Below, in pieces: positions 11,002 to 25,856 of a stretch of 64,000 nucleotides of DNA. Source of the stretch: Pseudomonas aeruginosa PAO1 (lineage in GTDB: Bacteria; Pseudomonadota; Gammaproteobacteria; Pseudomonadales; Pseudomonadaceae); assembly GCF_000006765.1 (NCBI RefSeq), contig NC_002516.2. One strand, 5' to 3'. Both the position numbers and the translations under genes were made by a program. Every line of letters starts with the position of its first letter. The stretch's first letter is position 1. The notes under the pieces were generated by a model. The model did not search any database and was not told the DNA's origin. It worked only from the letters and a program-made list of their open reading frames with translations.

Positions 11002-12780
11002 ATGGCTGATTACAAAGCTCCGCTGCGCGACATGCGCTTCGTCCTCAATGAGGTGTTCGAGGTCTCCCGGCTCTGGGCGCAACTGCCGGCGCTGGCCGAA
11101 GTGGTCGACGCCGAGACCGCCGCGGCGATCCTCGAAGAGGCCGGCAAGGTCACCGCCGGTACCATCGCCCCGCTGAACCGTCCGGGTGACGAGGAAGGCT
11201 GCCAGTGGAACGCTGGCGCGGTGAGCACCCCGGCCGGCTTCCCCGAGGCCTACCGGACCTACGCCGAAGGCGGCTGGGTCGGCGTCGGCGGTGATCCGGC
11301 CTACGGCGGCATGGGTATGCCCAAGGTGATCTCGGCGCAGGTCGAGGAACTGGTCAACTCGGCCAACCTGTCGTTCGGCCTGTATCCGATGCTGACCGCC
11401 GGCGCCTGCCTGGCGCTCAATGCCCATGCCAGCGACGAACTGAAGGACAAGTACCTGCCGAACATGTACGCCGGTATCTGGGCCGGTTCCATGTGCCTGA
11501 CCGAGCCGCATGCCGGCACCGACCTGGGCATCATCCGCACCAGGGCCGAGCCGCAGGCCGACGGCTCCTACAAGATCAGCGGGACCAAGATCTTCATCAC
11601 CGGCGGCGAGCATGACCTGACCGAGAACATCATCCACCTGGTGCTGGCCAAGCTGCCCGACGCCCCGGCCGGGCCGAAGGGCATCTCGCTGTTCCTGGTA
11701 CCGAAGGTGCTGGTCAACGCCGATGGCTCGCTGGGCGAGAAGAACAGCCTGGGTTGCGGCTCCATCGAGCACAAGATGGGGATCAAGGCCTCGGCCACCT
11801 GCGTGATGAACTTCGACGGCGCTACCGGTTGGCTGGTGGGCGAGGTCAACAAGGGCCTGGCGGCGATGTTCACCATGATGAACTACGAGCGCCTTGGCGT
11901 CGGCATCCAGGGCCTGGCCACCGGCGAGCGCTCCTACCAGAGCGCCATCGAATATGCCCGCGAGCGTATCCAGAGCCGCGCGCCGACCGGCCCGGTGGCC
12001 AAGGACAAGGCCGCCGACCCGATCATCGTGCACCCCGACGTGCGTCGCATGCTGCTCACCATGAAGGCGCTGAACGAAGGCGGCCGCGCCTTCTCCAGCT
12101 ACGTCGCGATGCAGCTGGACACCGCCAAGTACAGCGAAGACGCGGTCACCCGCAAGCGCGCGGAAGAGCTGGTGGCGCTGCTGACCCCGGTGGCCAAGGC
12201 ATTCCTCACCGACATGGGGCTGGAAACCACCATCCATGGCCAGCAGATCTTCGGTGGCCACGGCTTCATCCGCGAATGGGGCCAGGAGCAACTGGTGCGC
12301 GACTGTCGCATCACGCAGATCTACGAAGGCACCAATGGCATTCAGGCGCTCGACCTGGTGGGGCGCAAGGTGATCGGCAGCGGCGGCGCCTTCTCCCGTC
12401 ACTTCACCGACGAGATCAAGGCCTTCGTCGCTTCCGCCGACGAGGCCCTGGGCGAGTTCAGCAAGCCGCTGGCGGCCGCCGTGGAGAACCTGGAAGAGCT
12501 GACCGCCTGGCTGCTCGACCGCGCCAAGGGCAATCCCAACGAGATCGGCGCGGCGTCGGTCGAATACCTGCATGTGTTCGGCTACACCGCCTATGCCTAC
12601 ATGTGGGCATTGATGGCGCGCACCGCGCTGGCCAAGCAGGGCGAGGACGACTTCTACGCCAGCAAGCTGGGTACCGCGCGCTTCTACTTCGCCCGCCTGC
12701 TGCCGCGCATCCATTCCCTGAGCGCCTCCGTGCGCGCCGGCAGCGAGTCGCTGTACCTGCTGGACGCCGAGCAGTTCTGA
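11002..12780 (+). CDS. Acyl-CoA dehydrogenase (PA0508, FadE-like)
   Basis: [10 protein letters not shown] start, MCLTEPHAGTDL, QIFGGHG, IYEGTN; 592 aa. Confidence 0.96.
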   Translation: MADYKAPLRDMRFVLNEVFEVSRLWAQLPALAEVVDAETAAAILEEAGKVTAGTIAPLNRPGDEEGCQWNAGAVSTPAGFPEAYRTYAEGGWVGVGGDPAYGGMGMPKVISAQVEELVNSANLSFGLYPMLTAGACLALNAHASDELKDKYLPNMYAGIWAGSMCLTEPHAGTDLGIIRTRAEPQADGSYKISGTKIFITGGEHDLTENIIHLVLAKLPDAPAGPKGISLFLVPKVLVNADGSLGEKNSLGCGSIEHKMGIKASATCVMNFDGATGWLVGEVNKGLAAMFTMMNYERLGVGIQGLATGERSYQSAIEYARERIQSRAPTGPVAKDKAADPIIVHPDVRRMLLTMKALNEGGRAFSSYVAMQLDTAKYSEDAVTRKRAEELVALLTPVAKAFLTDMGLETTIHGQQIFGGHGFIREWGQEQLVRDCRITQIYEGTNGIQALDLVGRKVIGSGGAFSRHFTDEIKAFVASADEALGEFSKPLAAAVENLEELTAWLLDRAKGNPNEIGAASVEYLHVFGYTAYAYMWALMARTALAKQGEDDFYASKLGTARFYFARLLPRIHSLSASVRAGSESLYLLDAEQF

Positions 12781-12798
12781 GGCCTGGCGCCTGAGACG

Positions 12799-12825
12799 GA
12801 AAGCCCCGCGATGCGGGGCTTTTTT
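12799..12825. terminator. Intrinsic, probably bidirectional, terminator
   Basis: AAGCCCCGC-GAT-GCGGGGCTT followed by TTTT; lies between convergent genes. Confidence 0.85.
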
Positions 12826-12861
12826 CTGGGCGCCGGGGGCTCGGCGCGCGGGACGGGTGGG

Positions 12862-13054
12862 GGGATATCCGCTTGCGGCTATCCGCCATTCCCAGGGTTT
12901 TCTCGGGGCCGTGATGGGACAGGGTGAGCGGCGGATAACGCCGTTGGCGTTATGCGCCCTACGGCTCCTCGCGCAGGGTGGGCGGTAGGGCGAATAACCG
13001 CTTGCGGTTATCCGCCATTCCCGTGGTTTTTCTCGCGCCGTGAGGGGACAGGGT
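12862..13054. repeat. GTAG-family REP cluster (BIME-like) with a 57-bp imperfect direct repeat
   Basis: Reverse REP GGCGGATAACGCCGTTGGCGTTATGCGCCCTAC from 12930; forward REP GTAGGGCGAATAACCGCTTGCGGTTATCCGCC 12985-13016; direct repeat 12869-12925 / 12998-13054. Confidence 0.85.
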
Positions 13055-13110
13055 TGTCGCGGTCCGTCGCGGAGGATACGGGGATATCCGTTGATGGCGT
13101 CTCGACCGCC

Positions 13111-14592
13111 TCAGTGCGAGGTTCCCTCCGCATAGCCGATCTTGTTGCCGACGTTGTACTTGCCCGACGGCTTGTTCATCGGCAGTCGCTTCACTTCCTC
13201 CAGGCTGTGCGCGTCGTAGACCACCAGCGCGCCGTCGCGGTCCCAGACGCTGAGCAGGGCGTAGCGGCCGTCGCGGGTGAACTCGACGTGGCCGGCCACC
13301 TTGCCCGGGCTGGGGCGCAGGCGATGGGCGATTTCCAGGGTCTGCTTGTCGATCAGCAGGATCTCGTCGTGTTTCTTGCCAAGGAAGGTATCGGTCCAGG
13401 CGTAGGGCGAGTCGGCATGGCTGCGCATGAAGAAGCCGGGGCCGTCGGTGACGATTTCCTTCAACGGCTTCCAGTTTTGCAGGTCGATCACCGAGATCAC
13501 CCCGCGGCTGATGTTCGGCGTAGCGAACACCCAGCGCCCGTCGCGCTTCCAGTAGATGCCCGAGCCGAGGTGCGGCATGCCCGACAGCGGGATCGAGGCG
13601 ACCCGCGCGCCGCTGTCCAGCTCGATCACCTCGCCGCCCCTGGCCTGCCGCGAGCTGCCCAGCAGGTAGCGGTAGTCGGGGCTGAAGGAGAAGTCGTCGA
13701 GGTAGTCGGCCACCGCCAACCGTTTCGGCGCGACCGGCTTGCCGTTGGCATAGGGCAGCTCCCACAGCTCGTGGACGTCCTTCAGGGCGACCACGAAGCT
13801 GTGTCGCGGCGGTGCCGTGTATACCGCGCTGACCCGCGAGGCCTGGCCCTGGGCGTCGGCCGCCGGGATGACCTGCACCAGGGACAGGTCGCGGGCGTCC
13901 AGCAGCACCAGGTTGCCGGGCAGGTAGTTGCCCACCAGGACCCAGCGCCCGTCGTCGCTGACCGCCAGGTTGCGCGTGTTGAGGCCGGCGCGGACCTCGG
14001 CGACCACCTTCAGGTTGTACAGGTCGTAGAGGGTTACCCAGCCGTCGCGCGAGGCGAAGTACACCAGGCGCCCGTCCGGGGAGAACTTCGGACCTCCGTG
14101 CAGGGCGTAGCGCGAGGGGAAGCGGGCGATGGGCTCGAAGCGATCGCCGTCGAGGATGGTCACGTGGTGGTCGCCGGACTCCACCACCACGAACAGGTTC
14201 AGCGGGTCGGCCTCGAAGCGGGGCCTGGACGGCAGGGTGGCGAGGGGATGCGGCTGAACCTGGCTGGCCCGGATGTCCTCGGCGCTCCACTGCGGTTCGC
14301 GCGGCGGCGCCTGGTAGAGATAGGCGACCAGGGCGTCCGCCGCGGCGTCGTCCAATTGACCGGCAAAGCCGGCCATCTGGGTTGCCGGACGACCGTGCAG
14401 GATCACCTCGCGGGCCTGCGCCGGCTTCAGCCGCGAAAGGCTTTCCGGGAGCAGGGTCGGGCCGCTGCCGCCGAGCCGCCCGGCGCCGTGGCAGGCCTGG
14501 CAGTGCTGGCGGTAGAGCGCTTCCCCCGGCGCTTCGCCGGCCTGTGCGAGGGCGCCGAGGAGCAGGCCGAGGGCGAGGCCGATCAGGCGCAT
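13111..14592 (-). CDS. nirN: Heme d1 biosynthesis dehydrogenase, c-type cytochrome
   Basis: CQACH plus cd1-type beta-propeller; 493 aa from MRLIG. Confidence 0.96.
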   Translation of the reverse strand: MRLIGLALGLLLGALAQAGEAPGEALYRQHCQACHGAGRLGGSGPTLLPESLSRLKPAQAREVILHGRPATQMAGFAGQLDDAAADALVAYLYQAPPREPQWSAEDIRASQVQPHPLATLPSRPRFEADPLNLFVVVESGDHHVTILDGDRFEPIARFPSRYALHGGPKFSPDGRLVYFASRDGWVTLYDLYNLKVVAEVRAGLNTRNLAVSDDGRWVLVGNYLPGNLVLLDARDLSLVQVIPAADAQGQASRVSAVYTAPPRHSFVVALKDVHELWELPYANGKPVAPKRLAVADYLDDFSFSPDYRYLLGSSRQARGGEVIELDSGARVASIPLSGMPHLGSGIYWKRDGRWVFATPNISRGVISVIDLQNWKPLKEIVTDGPGFFMRSHADSPYAWTDTFLGKKHDEILLIDKQTLEIAHRLRPSPGKVAGHVEFTRDGRYALLSVWDRDGALVVYDAHSLEEVKRLPMNKPSGKYNVGNKIGYAEGTSH

Positions 14593-15422
14593 GCGACGGC
14601 CTCGCGGCTGACCGGCGAGCCGGCGCCCAGGTATGACGGATGCGCCATCGCGCGCTCGGCGAAGAGCGCGACCACCTGGCCGACGACGATCAGCGTCGGC
14701 GGCTTCAACTGGTAGCGTCGCGCCAGCGCCGGCAGCTCGGCAAGGGCGCCGCGGGTCACCTGCTGGCCCGCCTGGGTGCCCTGGCTGACCAGCGCCGCCG
14801 GGGTGTCGCTGGCGAGGCCGTGCTCGACCAGGCGCGCGGCGATCTCGGCGAGGTTGCCCAGGCCCATGTAGAACACCAGGGTCTGCTTGCCACGCGCCAG
14901 GCCGGCCCAGTCGAGGTCGAGGCGGCCGTCGTTCTGCAGGTGGCCGGTGACGAAGGTGCAGGACTGGGCGAGGTCGCGGTGGGTCAGCGGGATGCCGGCG
15001 TAGGTACTGCAACCGGAGGCGGCGGTGACGCCGGGGACCACCTGGCAGTCGACGCCGGCTTCGAGCAGGCGCTCCAGCTCCTCGGCGCCGCGACCGAAGA
15101 TGAACGGGTCGCCGCCTTTCAGGCGGACCACCCGGCGTTGCTGCCGGGCCAGGCGCACCAGCAGCTCGTTGATTTCTTCCTGCGGCAGGCTGTGGTGGCC
15201 GCAGCGCTTGCCGACGTAGATGCGCTGGCAGCTTTCCGGCAGAAGGGCGATCAGCTCGCGGGCGACCAGGCGGTCGTAGACCACCACCTCGGCCTGTTGC
15301 AGCAGGGCCCAGGCGCGCAGGGTGAGCAGGCCCGGATCGCCGGGGCCGGCGCCGACCAGGGCGACGCTGCCGGCAGGGAAATCGACATCGAGGAGGGACG
15401 GCGGAATCACGGTAGTGTTCAT
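14583..15422 (-). CDS. nirE: Uroporphyrinogen-III C-methyltransferase
   Basis: [32 protein letters not shown]. Confidence 0.96.
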   Translation of the reverse strand: MNTTVIPPSLLDVDFPAGSVALVGAGPGDPGLLTLRAWALLQQAEVVVYDRLVARELIALLPESCQRIYVGKRCGHHSLPQEEINELLVRLARQQRRVVRLKGGDPFIFGRGAEELERLLEAGVDCQVVPGVTAASGCSTYAGIPLTHRDLAQSCTFVTGHLQNDGRLDLDWAGLARGKQTLVFYMGLGNLAEIAARLVEHGLASDTPAALVSQGTQAGQQVTRGALAELPALARRYQLKPPTLIVVGQVVALFAERAMAHPSYLGAGSPVSREAVACA

Positions 15423-15432
15423 GAGGCTTTCC

Positions 15433-16596
15433 TTAGACGGCGTGCAGCGCGATGCGCTCGAGGCCGATTTCCTGATCGCTGAGGTAGCAGCCGGGGTCTT
15501 CGCCCCAGAGTTCTCCGCCGGCCCAGGCGCGGGTGCGGGTGTTGCCGTTGCAGATGTCCAGCCAGCGGCATTGGCTGCAGCGCCCGACCACCGGTCGCGG
15601 GCGCTGGCGCAGTTGCAGGAGCAGCGGGTCGGGGCGCTCGAACCAGAAGTCGGCGAAGCGCTGATGGCGGATGTTGCCGACGCTGTGGTGCCACCAGTAG
15701 CTGTCCGGATGCACCTCGCCGGTGTTGTCGATGTTGGCGATGCCCTCGCCCGAGGCGTTGCCGCCCCAGTCCAGCAGCAGCTCGCAGAGACGCGCCAGTT
15801 GCTGCGGGCGGCGGCGCTTGAGCCAGTCGAGGAGAAGGATCGCGTCGGCGTCGTTGTTGCCGGTGACGAAGTCGCTGTCGCGCCCCTGCCGGATGTCCTG
15901 GTCGGCCCGTTCGAAGAGCAGCGCGAGGGCCTCGCGGGTGCGCCGGTGGTGGGCGTCGAGGGCGCGGCTGCGGCGGCCGCGGCCACTGTAGTTGAGGTGC
16001 GAGAGGTAGAACTTCTGCACGTCGAGTTCGCGCATCAGGTCGAGCAGTGCCGGTAGTTGCGCGGCGTTCTCCTCGGTCAGGGTGGTGCGCATGCCGACGC
16101 GGATATCCGCCTCGCGGCACAGGCGCATGGCCGCCAGCGCGGCGTCGAAGCTGCCCTGCTTCTGGCGGAAGCGGTCGTGGGTCTCGCGCAGGCCGTCGAG
16201 GCTGATGCCGACGTAGTCGAAGCGGGCCTCGGCGACGCGCTGGATGTTGCCTTCGTCGATCAGCGTACCGTTGCTCGACAGCGCCACGAACATCCCGGCC
16301 TGGCGCGCATGGGCGGCGATCTCGAAGAGGTCCGGGTGCATCAGCGGCTCGCCGCCGGAGAGGATCAGCACGCGCACTCCGGCGGCGCGCAGGTCGTCGA
16401 TGCCGCGAAGGATTTCCGCGGTCTCCAGCTCGCCACGGAAGTCGCTGTCGGCGGAGGTGGAGTAACAGTGCTTGCAGGTCAGGTTGCAGCGCCGCAGCAG
16501 GTTCCAGATCACCACCGGGGCGCGCCTGCCGCCGGCGCGGCGCGGCGTCGGCGCGTCCTCGGTGAGGCTGCGCAGGTAATGGCTGATCCTCAGCAT
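15433..16596 (-). CDS. nirJ: Heme d1 biosynthesis radical SAM protein
   Basis: [13 protein letters not shown]-type cysteines, GEDPGCYL. Confidence 0.96.
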   Translation of the reverse strand: MLRISHYLRSLTEDAPTPRRAGGRRAPVVIWNLLRRCNLTCKHCYSTSADSDFRGELETAEILRGIDDLRAAGVRVLILSGGEPLMHPDLFEIAAHARQAGMFVALSSNGTLIDEGNIQRVAEARFDYVGISLDGLRETHDRFRQKQGSFDAALAAMRLCREADIRVGMRTTLTEENAAQLPALLDLMRELDVQKFYLSHLNYSGRGRRSRALDAHHRRTREALALLFERADQDIRQGRDSDFVTGNNDADAILLLDWLKRRRPQQLARLCELLLDWGGNASGEGIANIDNTGEVHPDSYWWHHSVGNIRHQRFADFWFERPDPLLLQLRQRPRPVVGRCSQCRWLDICNGNTRTRAWAGGELWGEDPGCYLSDQEIGLERIALHAV

Positions 16597-17105
16597 GGAC
16601 GTTCCTCCTTCTGCGCCAGGCGCAGGCCGGTCTTCTTCAGGATGCGGCTGCTCACCAGCATCTCGTCGGCGCGACAGTCCTCGCCGAGCAGCAGGCGGAT
16701 CTGCTGGCGATAGCCTTCGATCTCCGCTTCGCTGCGGCCGTGAACCATGGCGAACAGGTTGTAGCGCCACTGCGGCAGATGGCGCGGGCGCCGGTAGCAA
16801 TGGCTGACGAAGGACAGCCCGCCGACCAGCCGGCCGAGGCGTTCGATGCGTTCGTCGGCGACGTCCCAGACGGTCATGCCGTTGTGCCGGTAGCCAAGGC
16901 GATAGTGGTTGGGCACCGCGGCGATGCGCCGGATCACCCCGGCGTCGCGCAGGCGCTTCAGCAGCGCCAGGGTCTCCGCCTCGCTCAGCCGCAGTTGCGC
17001 GGCGATCCACGCCCAAGGGTCGGCGACCAGCGGCAGGCCGGCCTGGGTCAGTTCGATCAGGCGGCGGGCGAGCAGGGCGTCAGAGGGGGAAATGCAGGCC
17101 GACAT
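16590..17105 (-). CDS. nirH: Siroheme decarboxylase subunit
   Basis: Lrp/AsnC-like; SHCYRRPRHLP.WRYNLFAMVHG. Confidence 0.93.
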   Translation of the reverse strand: MSACISPSDALLARRLIELTQAGLPLVADPWAWIAAQLRLSEAETLALLKRLRDAGVIRRIAAVPNHYRLGYRHNGMTVWDVADERIERLGRLVGGLSFVSHCYRRPRHLPQWRYNLFAMVHGRSEAEIEGYRQQIRLLLGEDCRADEMLVSSRILKKTGLRLAQKEERPC

Positions 17106-17523
17106 GGTAGGTCGCCTCCTTGGGCAGGTCGAGTACCGCCAGCCCGCTCTCGCGCTCCAGCCGTGCGAGAGTCTCGGCGACCTCCGCCGGGCTGTCGCAG
17201 GCGACCACCAGCCACATGTTCAGGGCGTGCTCGCGACGGTAGTTGTGGGCGACCTGCGGCCAGCCAGCGAGCAGCGCGGCGATCTCTTCGAAACGCGCCT
17301 CCGGCACGCTCATGGCGGCCAGGGTGAAGGCACCGCCGAGGGGCTCGATATCGAACAGCGGACCGAAGCGGGTCAGGGTGCCGTCGTCGAGCAGGTCGTC
17401 CAGGCGGCGCAGGATGTCTTCCTCGCGGCAATCCAGCTCGGCGGCGAGCAGCGCGTAGGGATGCGGCTCCAGCGGCAGGCCGTGTTGCAGGCGGTTCAGC
17501 AGGCGCCGGTCGAACTCATCCAT
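17080..17523 (-). CDS. nirG: Siroheme decarboxylase subunit
   Basis: [22 protein letters not shown]. Confidence 0.93.
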
Positions 17524-18040
17524 GGCGGCGCTCCAGGTCGGCCGGCGGCGCGGTGTAGCGGCCGCCGCACTGCTTGTAGGCGCGCAGGCTGAACAGCCAG
17601 CGGTGCGGTGTCTGGCGCAGGGCGTGGCGCTCCAGCAGGGCCTCGATCTGGCGTTCCACTTCGCCGCGCTCGCGGCCGTGGATCATGCAGAACAGGTTGT
17701 ATGGCCACATCGGCAGGCGACGCGGGCGGCGGTAACAGAGCGAGACGATCGTTTCGTGGGCGAGGGCGCGGCCGACGGCGTCGACCTCCGCGTCGGCGAC
17801 GTCCAGCACCAGCATGGCGTTGGCGGTATAGCCCAGGGCGCGGTGGTGGAGGATCACCCCGAAGCGGCGGAACAGGCCGTCTTCGTCCCAGCGGCGGACC
17901 TGTTCCAGCACTTCGTCTTCGCCGGCGCCGATGCGTTCGGCGAGCACCCGATAGGGCCGGCTGGCCAGCGGCAGGCCCTGTTCCAGCAGGTAGCGCAGGT
18001 GTTGCCGCTGCGGCGCGGCGAGGGGTTCGACGGGGTTCAT
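17516..18040 (-). CDS. nirL: Siroheme decarboxylase subunit
   Basis: [37 protein letters not shown]. Confidence 0.93.
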
Positions 18041-18489
18041 CGGCTGGCCTCCAGGGGAAACGCGAGGTCGATGCAGTAGGCTTCCTGCATCGGCAGGTCG
18101 AGGGGTTGCAGGCCGGTGTCGGCGGCGATCTCCGCCAGTACCCGGTCGAGTTGCGCGCGGTCGCCGGCGGTGAGCACGAACCACAGGTTGTAGCGGTGTT
18201 CGCGCTGGTAGTTGTGGTTGACCTCGGCGTACTGGCTGATGCGCTCGGCGACCCGTTGCAGACGCTCCTCGGGCACCGCCAGGGCAGCCAGGGTGCTGGC
18301 CCCGGCGCGTTGGTGGCGGAGCACCGGGCCGACCCGCGACAACGCGCCGTCGGCTTCCAGGCGACGCAGCCGTTCGAGCACCTCGGCTTCGCTGCAACCC
18401 AGGGTCTCGGCCATCCGCCGATAGGGTTCCGCGCAGATCGGCAGGCCTTTCTGGTAGCGGGCGAGGAGGCGGCGGGAGAGGTCGTCCAT
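18037..18489 (-). CDS. nirD: Siroheme decarboxylase subunit
   Basis: [22 protein letters not shown]. Confidence 0.93.
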
Positions 18490-18497
18490 GGTGCCTC

Positions 18498-19676
18498 CTA
18501 GAGTCCGATGTGCTGGGCGCGGTGGCTGAAGAAGATGCCGCTCGGGCTGCGGGCCGGAAGGCTGCCGATGCGCTTCAGGCGGTACGGGTCCCAGACCTGC
18601 AACTGGTCGGCGTCGCGCACCGAGATCCAGACCTGGTCGCCGCGCCCGCTGAATTCCATGTGCAGTACGCCGGGGCCAGGACGCAGGGTTTCGATCACTT
18701 CGTGGGTCTCGCTGTCGATGACCTGCACCTTGTCGTTGTCCGGGTAGGCGAAGTTGACCCAGATCTGCCGGTCGTCCGGTCGAGTCATGACGAACACCGG
18801 CTGGCCGGCGACGTCGATGGCGTCGGTCTGCTTCCAGTCGCGCGCGTCGAGCACCAGCACCTGGTGATGGCCGACCGCCGGGACGAAGGCCTGGTCGCTG
18901 GCGATGGTCCAGCCCTCCAGGTGCGGCATCTTGTACACCGGCAGCTTGCGTTGGCCGCGGCCGTAGTCGCCGAGTACGCGCCTGACGCCGCGCTCCGGGT
19001 GCCAGAGGTCGAGCTGGGCCATGCCGTCCTCGCCGAACAGCCCGGCCATGTAGTAGCGCCCGTCGGGGCTGATGAGGGCGTCGTAGGGTTGCTTGCCGAT
19101 ATCGCGGAAGCGGGTCAGGTGCGGCGTGTCGCCCTGGCTGAAGTCGGCGATCCAGATCTCGCCGCTGTCGAACAGGCTGAACACGAAGCGCTGCCCGGGC
19201 GCGTCGACCAGGCCGACCACCCGGGAGTTCCTGTCCTGGCCGGGGAGGCGGGTGGCGGGAATCTCGGCGACCAGCTCCAGGGTGCGGCTGTCGAACACCT
19301 TGACCCCGCCCGGCTCGTAGTTGGATACCGCGACCAGCCGACCGTCCTGGCTGATCGCTCCGCCGATGCTGTTGCCGCCCTGGATCAGGCGCTTGTCGAT
19401 GCGCTGGGCCAGCAGGTCGAGCTTGGTCAGGCCGCCGTCGCGACCGAATACGTAGGCGTAGCGCTGGTCGCGGGAGAACACCAGGGAGGCGTGGGACAGG
19501 TCGCCGAGGCCTTCGACCCGCGCCAGCGAGGTCTTCGCCGTGCCGTCGAGGATCTGCACGCTGCCGTCGGCGCGTTCGATCAGCACGCCGAGGTCGCCGC
19601 TGCCGCGCAAGGGCGGCTGCTGGCTACAGCCGGCGAGCAGGGTGAGGAGAAGCGGCGCGAGGGGACGCAGGTTCAT
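18498..19676 (-). CDS. nirF: Heme d1 biosynthesis lipoprotein
   Basis: Lipobox LAGC, beta-propeller, [19 protein letters not shown]; 392 aa. Confidence 0.96.
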
Positions 19677-20032
19677 GGGGCGATCTCTCCTTCGATCAGG
19701 CGGTCCACCAGCCAGCCGGCGTCGTCTTCGCTGAGCAGGCCGGCCCAGGGGGGCATCGGGGTTTGCGGACGGCCCATGAGCACGGTGGCGACCAGCGATT
19801 CGCGCGGCTTGCCGCGCAGGGCCTCGGGGGTCAGCGCCGGGCCGAGGCCGCCGGTCAGGCGCAGGCCGTGGCAGGAGCCGCAGTCCTGCAACAGCAGGTG
19901 ACGCAACTGGGCCTGGCGACGGGCATCGGGATGCTCGTCGGCCAGGCCCGGAAGAGGACAGGCGAACGTCAGCGCGAGGGCCAGCCACAAGGCGTGGCTG
20001 GCGGCGCGCCGGAAGTCCGGAGGGGCGTTCAT
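19673..20032 (-). CDS. nirC: Cytochrome c55X
   Basis: [12 protein letters not shown]; 119 aa. Confidence 0.95.
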   Translation of the reverse strand: MNAPPDFRRAASHALWLALALTFACPLPGLADEHPDARRQAQLRHLLLQDCGSCHGLRLTGGLGPALTPEALRGKPRESLVATVLMGRPQTPMPPWAGLLSEDDAGWLVDRLIEGEIAP

Positions 20033-20343
20033 TTCTGCGACAGGACCCACTTCGCCAGGGTCTGCGCCTCGTCGTCGCTGACCGCGTTCGGCGGCATCGG
20101 GATCGGGCCCCAGACGCCCTGGCTGCCGTTCTTGATCCGCTGCGCGAGTTCCGCTTCGGCGCCGGCCTGGCCGGCGAACTTGGCGGCGACGTCCTTGTAG
20201 GCCGGGCCGACCATCTTGGTGTCGATGGCATGGCAGGCCACGCAGCCCTTGTTCTTGAACAGCACTTCGGGGTCTTCGGCCCAGGCGCCCTGGGCGAGCA
20301 GGGTGCCGGTGGCGAGCAGCGAAAGCAGTGCGTACGGTTTCAT
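20029..20343 (-). CDS. nirM: Cytochrome c551
   Basis: [28 protein letters not shown], the recognisable P. aeruginosa c551 sequence. Confidence 0.99.
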   Translation of the reverse strand: MKPYALLSLLATGTLLAQGAWAEDPEVLFKNKGCVACHAIDTKMVGPAYKDVAAKFAGQAGAEAELAQRIKNGSQGVWGPIPMPPNAVSDDEAQTLAKWVLSQK

Positions 20344-20364
20344 CACGGTTCCTCGTAGGGGGGA

Positions 20365-20388
20365 GCGTGCGGGGCGTGCCCCGCACGC
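20365..20388. other. GC-rich hairpin between nirS and nirM
   Basis: GCGTGCGGGGC-GT-GCCCCGCACGC perfect inverted repeat; no U tract. Confidence 0.75.
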
Positions 20389-20393
20389 GGGTC

Positions 20394-22103
<1,710 letters not shown>

Positions 22104-22223
22104 CTATCTCCTCAGGAGCCCTGCGAGGCGCTCCCTTAGCAGTGTTTTGGGGGTGGCTGCGTCGGGAACTCCCGGGAATTCATGGCGCGAAAGGATCATA
22201 GAAAGCAGGGTCTTTACCCTTGC

Positions 22224-22237
22224 TTGACCGGAATCAA
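22224..22237. promoter_or_regulatory. Anr/Dnr box shared by divergent nirS and nirQ
   Basis: TTGAC-CGGA-ATCAA versus the FNR consensus TTGAT-N4-ATCAA. Confidence 0.9.
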
Positions 22238-22315
22238 GATTGCGTTGCTTTGCGCTTGTGGCACCTTCCAACTGTGAATAGCGTGCGGTCCTAATCCCTA
22301 GCGCAGGAGTAGGAC

Positions 22316-23098
22316 ATGCGGGACGCGACACCCTTCTACGAGGCCACCGGCCATGAGATCGAAGTCTTCGAGCGCGCCTGGCGGCACGGCCTGCCGGTAT
22401 TGCTCAAGGGCCCCACCGGTTGCGGCAAGACCCGCTTCGTCCAGTACATGGCGCGGCGCCTGGAACTGCCGCTGTACAGCGTCGCCTGCCACGACGACCT
22501 GGGCGCCGCCGACCTGCTCGGCCGCCATCTGATCGGCGCCGACGGCACCTGGTGGCAGGACGGCCCGCTGACCCGCGCGGTGCGCGAAGGCGGTATCTGC
22601 TACCTGGACGAAGTGGTGGAGGCGCGCCAGGACACCACGGTCGCCATCCACCCGCTGGCCGACGACCGCCGCGAGCTGTACCTGGAGCGCACCGGCGAGA
22701 CGTTGCAGGCGCCGCCTTCGTTCATGCTGGTGGTGTCCTACAACCCCGGCTACCAGAACCTGCTCAAGGGCCTGAAGCCCAGCACCCGGCAGCGTTTCGT
22801 CGCGTTGCGCTTCGACTACCCGGCGGCGCAGCAGGAGGCACGCATCCTGGTCGGCGAGAGCGGTTGTGCCGAGACCCTGGCGCAGCGCCTGGTGCAGTTG
22901 GGCCAGGCGCTGCGGCGGCTGGAGCAGCACGACCTGGAGGAAGTCGCCTCGACCCGCCTGCTGATCTTCGCCGCGCGCCTCATCGGCGACGGCATGGACC
23001 CGCGCGAGGCGTGCCGGGTGGCGCTGGCCGAACCGCTCTCGGACGACCCGGCGACGGTGGCGGCGCTGATGGACATCGTCGATCTCCATGTCGCCTGA
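22316..23098 (+). CDS. nirQ: MoxR-family AAA+ ATPase
   Basis: GPTGCGKT, YLDEVVEAR, STRQRF. Confidence 0.97.
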   Translation: MRDATPFYEATGHEIEVFERAWRHGLPVLLKGPTGCGKTRFVQYMARRLELPLYSVACHDDLGAADLLGRHLIGADGTWWQDGPLTRAVREGGICYLDEVVEARQDTTVAIHPLADDRRELYLERTGETLQAPPSFMLVVSYNPGYQNLLKGLKPSTRQRFVALRFDYPAAQQEARILVGESGCAETLAQRLVQLGQALRRLEQHDLEEVASTRLLIFAARLIGDGMDPREACRVALAEPLSDDPATVAALMDIVDLHVA

Positions 23099-23660
23099 TA
23101 CCGTCGAGCGGCGCCTGCCCGGCGACCTGGCGATGTGGTTCTTCATCCTCGCCGAACTCAGCGTGTTCAGCCTGCTGCTGCTGGCGTTCGCCGGCGCCCA
23201 GGCCTGGCAGCCGGAGCTGTTCCGTGCCGGCCGGGAGCAACTGGATAGCCGCTGGGGCCTGTTGCTGACCGTGGCCCTGCTCAGCTCCGGCTGGCTCGCC
23301 GCGCTGGCGGTGCATGCGGTGCGCCGCGGACGGCCGCGCCAGGCGAGCGGCTGGTTGCTGGCGGCGCTGCTGCTGGCGCTGGTCTACGTCGGCCTGAAGC
23401 TGCACGAGTACGGGCGGCTCGCCGATCTCGGCCTGGACATCGAGCACGACACTTTCTTCACCCTCTACTGGTGCCTGACCGGCTTCCATTTCCTCCACGT
23501 CCTGCTCGGCCTGCTGATCCTCGGCTGGCTGGCGCAGGCCTGCTGGCGCCGGTGTTATACGCCGCAGGCTTGCTCGGGACTGGAGTCGGGAGTGCTCTAC
23601 TGGCACATGGTCGACCTGGTCTGGGTGCTGCTGTTCCCGCTGGTCTACGTCCTGCAATGA
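23088..23660 (+). CDS. nirO: Cytochrome oxidase subunit III-like membrane protein (NorE-like)
   Basis: TFFTLYWCLTGFHFLHV, YWHMVDLVW; start could also be ATG 23133. Confidence 0.9.
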   Translation: MSPDTVERRLPGDLAMWFFILAELSVFSLLLLAFAGAQAWQPELFRAGREQLDSRWGLLLTVALLSSGWLAALAVHAVRRGRPRQASGWLLAALLLALVYVGLKLHEYGRLADLGLDIEHDTFFTLYWCLTGFHFLHVLLGLLILGWLAQACWRRCYTPQACSGLESGVLYWHMVDLVWVLLFPLVYVLQ

Positions 23661-23667
23661 GGTGCCG

Positions 23668-23925
23668 ATGCGAACCCTGACCCTCTGCTGGCTGGCGTTG
23701 CTGGCGCTGGCCGTGACCGGTGTGCTGCTGGGTGGCGCCGGCGACTCTCCCTGGCTGCTGGCGGCGGTGCTGGCCTGCGCGGTGGCCAAGGGTTGGCTGA
23801 TCGGCGAGCGCTTCATGGAGCTGGCCCATGCCCCGGCGCTATGGCGCCGCCTGCTGCTGGCCTGGCCGCTGCTGATGGCCCTGGCGGTGGGCGCTGCGCT
23901 GTACCTGGCGCGGATGAATAACTGA
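23668..23925 (+). CDS. nirP: Small membrane protein (COX4-like, NorF-like)
   Basis: Three hydrophobic segments, KGWLIGERFMEL; position in nirQOP. Confidence 0.85.
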   Translation: MRTLTLCWLALLALAVTGVLLGGAGDSPWLLAAVLACAVAKGWLIGERFMELAHAPALWRRLLLAWPLLMALAVGAALYLARMNN

Positions 23926-23943
23926 GTAAATCGTTCGGGAATC

Positions 23944-23957
23944 TTGATTGCCATCAA
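23944..23957. promoter_or_regulatory. Anr/Dnr box of norCBD
   Basis: Perfect TTGAT-TGCC-ATCAA. Confidence 0.93.
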
Positions 23958-23983
23958 GCGGGTTCGCCGCCGCCGCTTCCTAG

Positions 23984-25855
<1,872 letters not shown>

Positions 25856-25856
25856 G

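Noticed and set aside
12862-13054. Possible mini-CRISPR (repeat-spacer appearance), also at 41575-41757
   Set aside because: Units are palindromic GTAG REPs in alternating orientation with duplicated spacers; no cas genes, leader or constant repeat.
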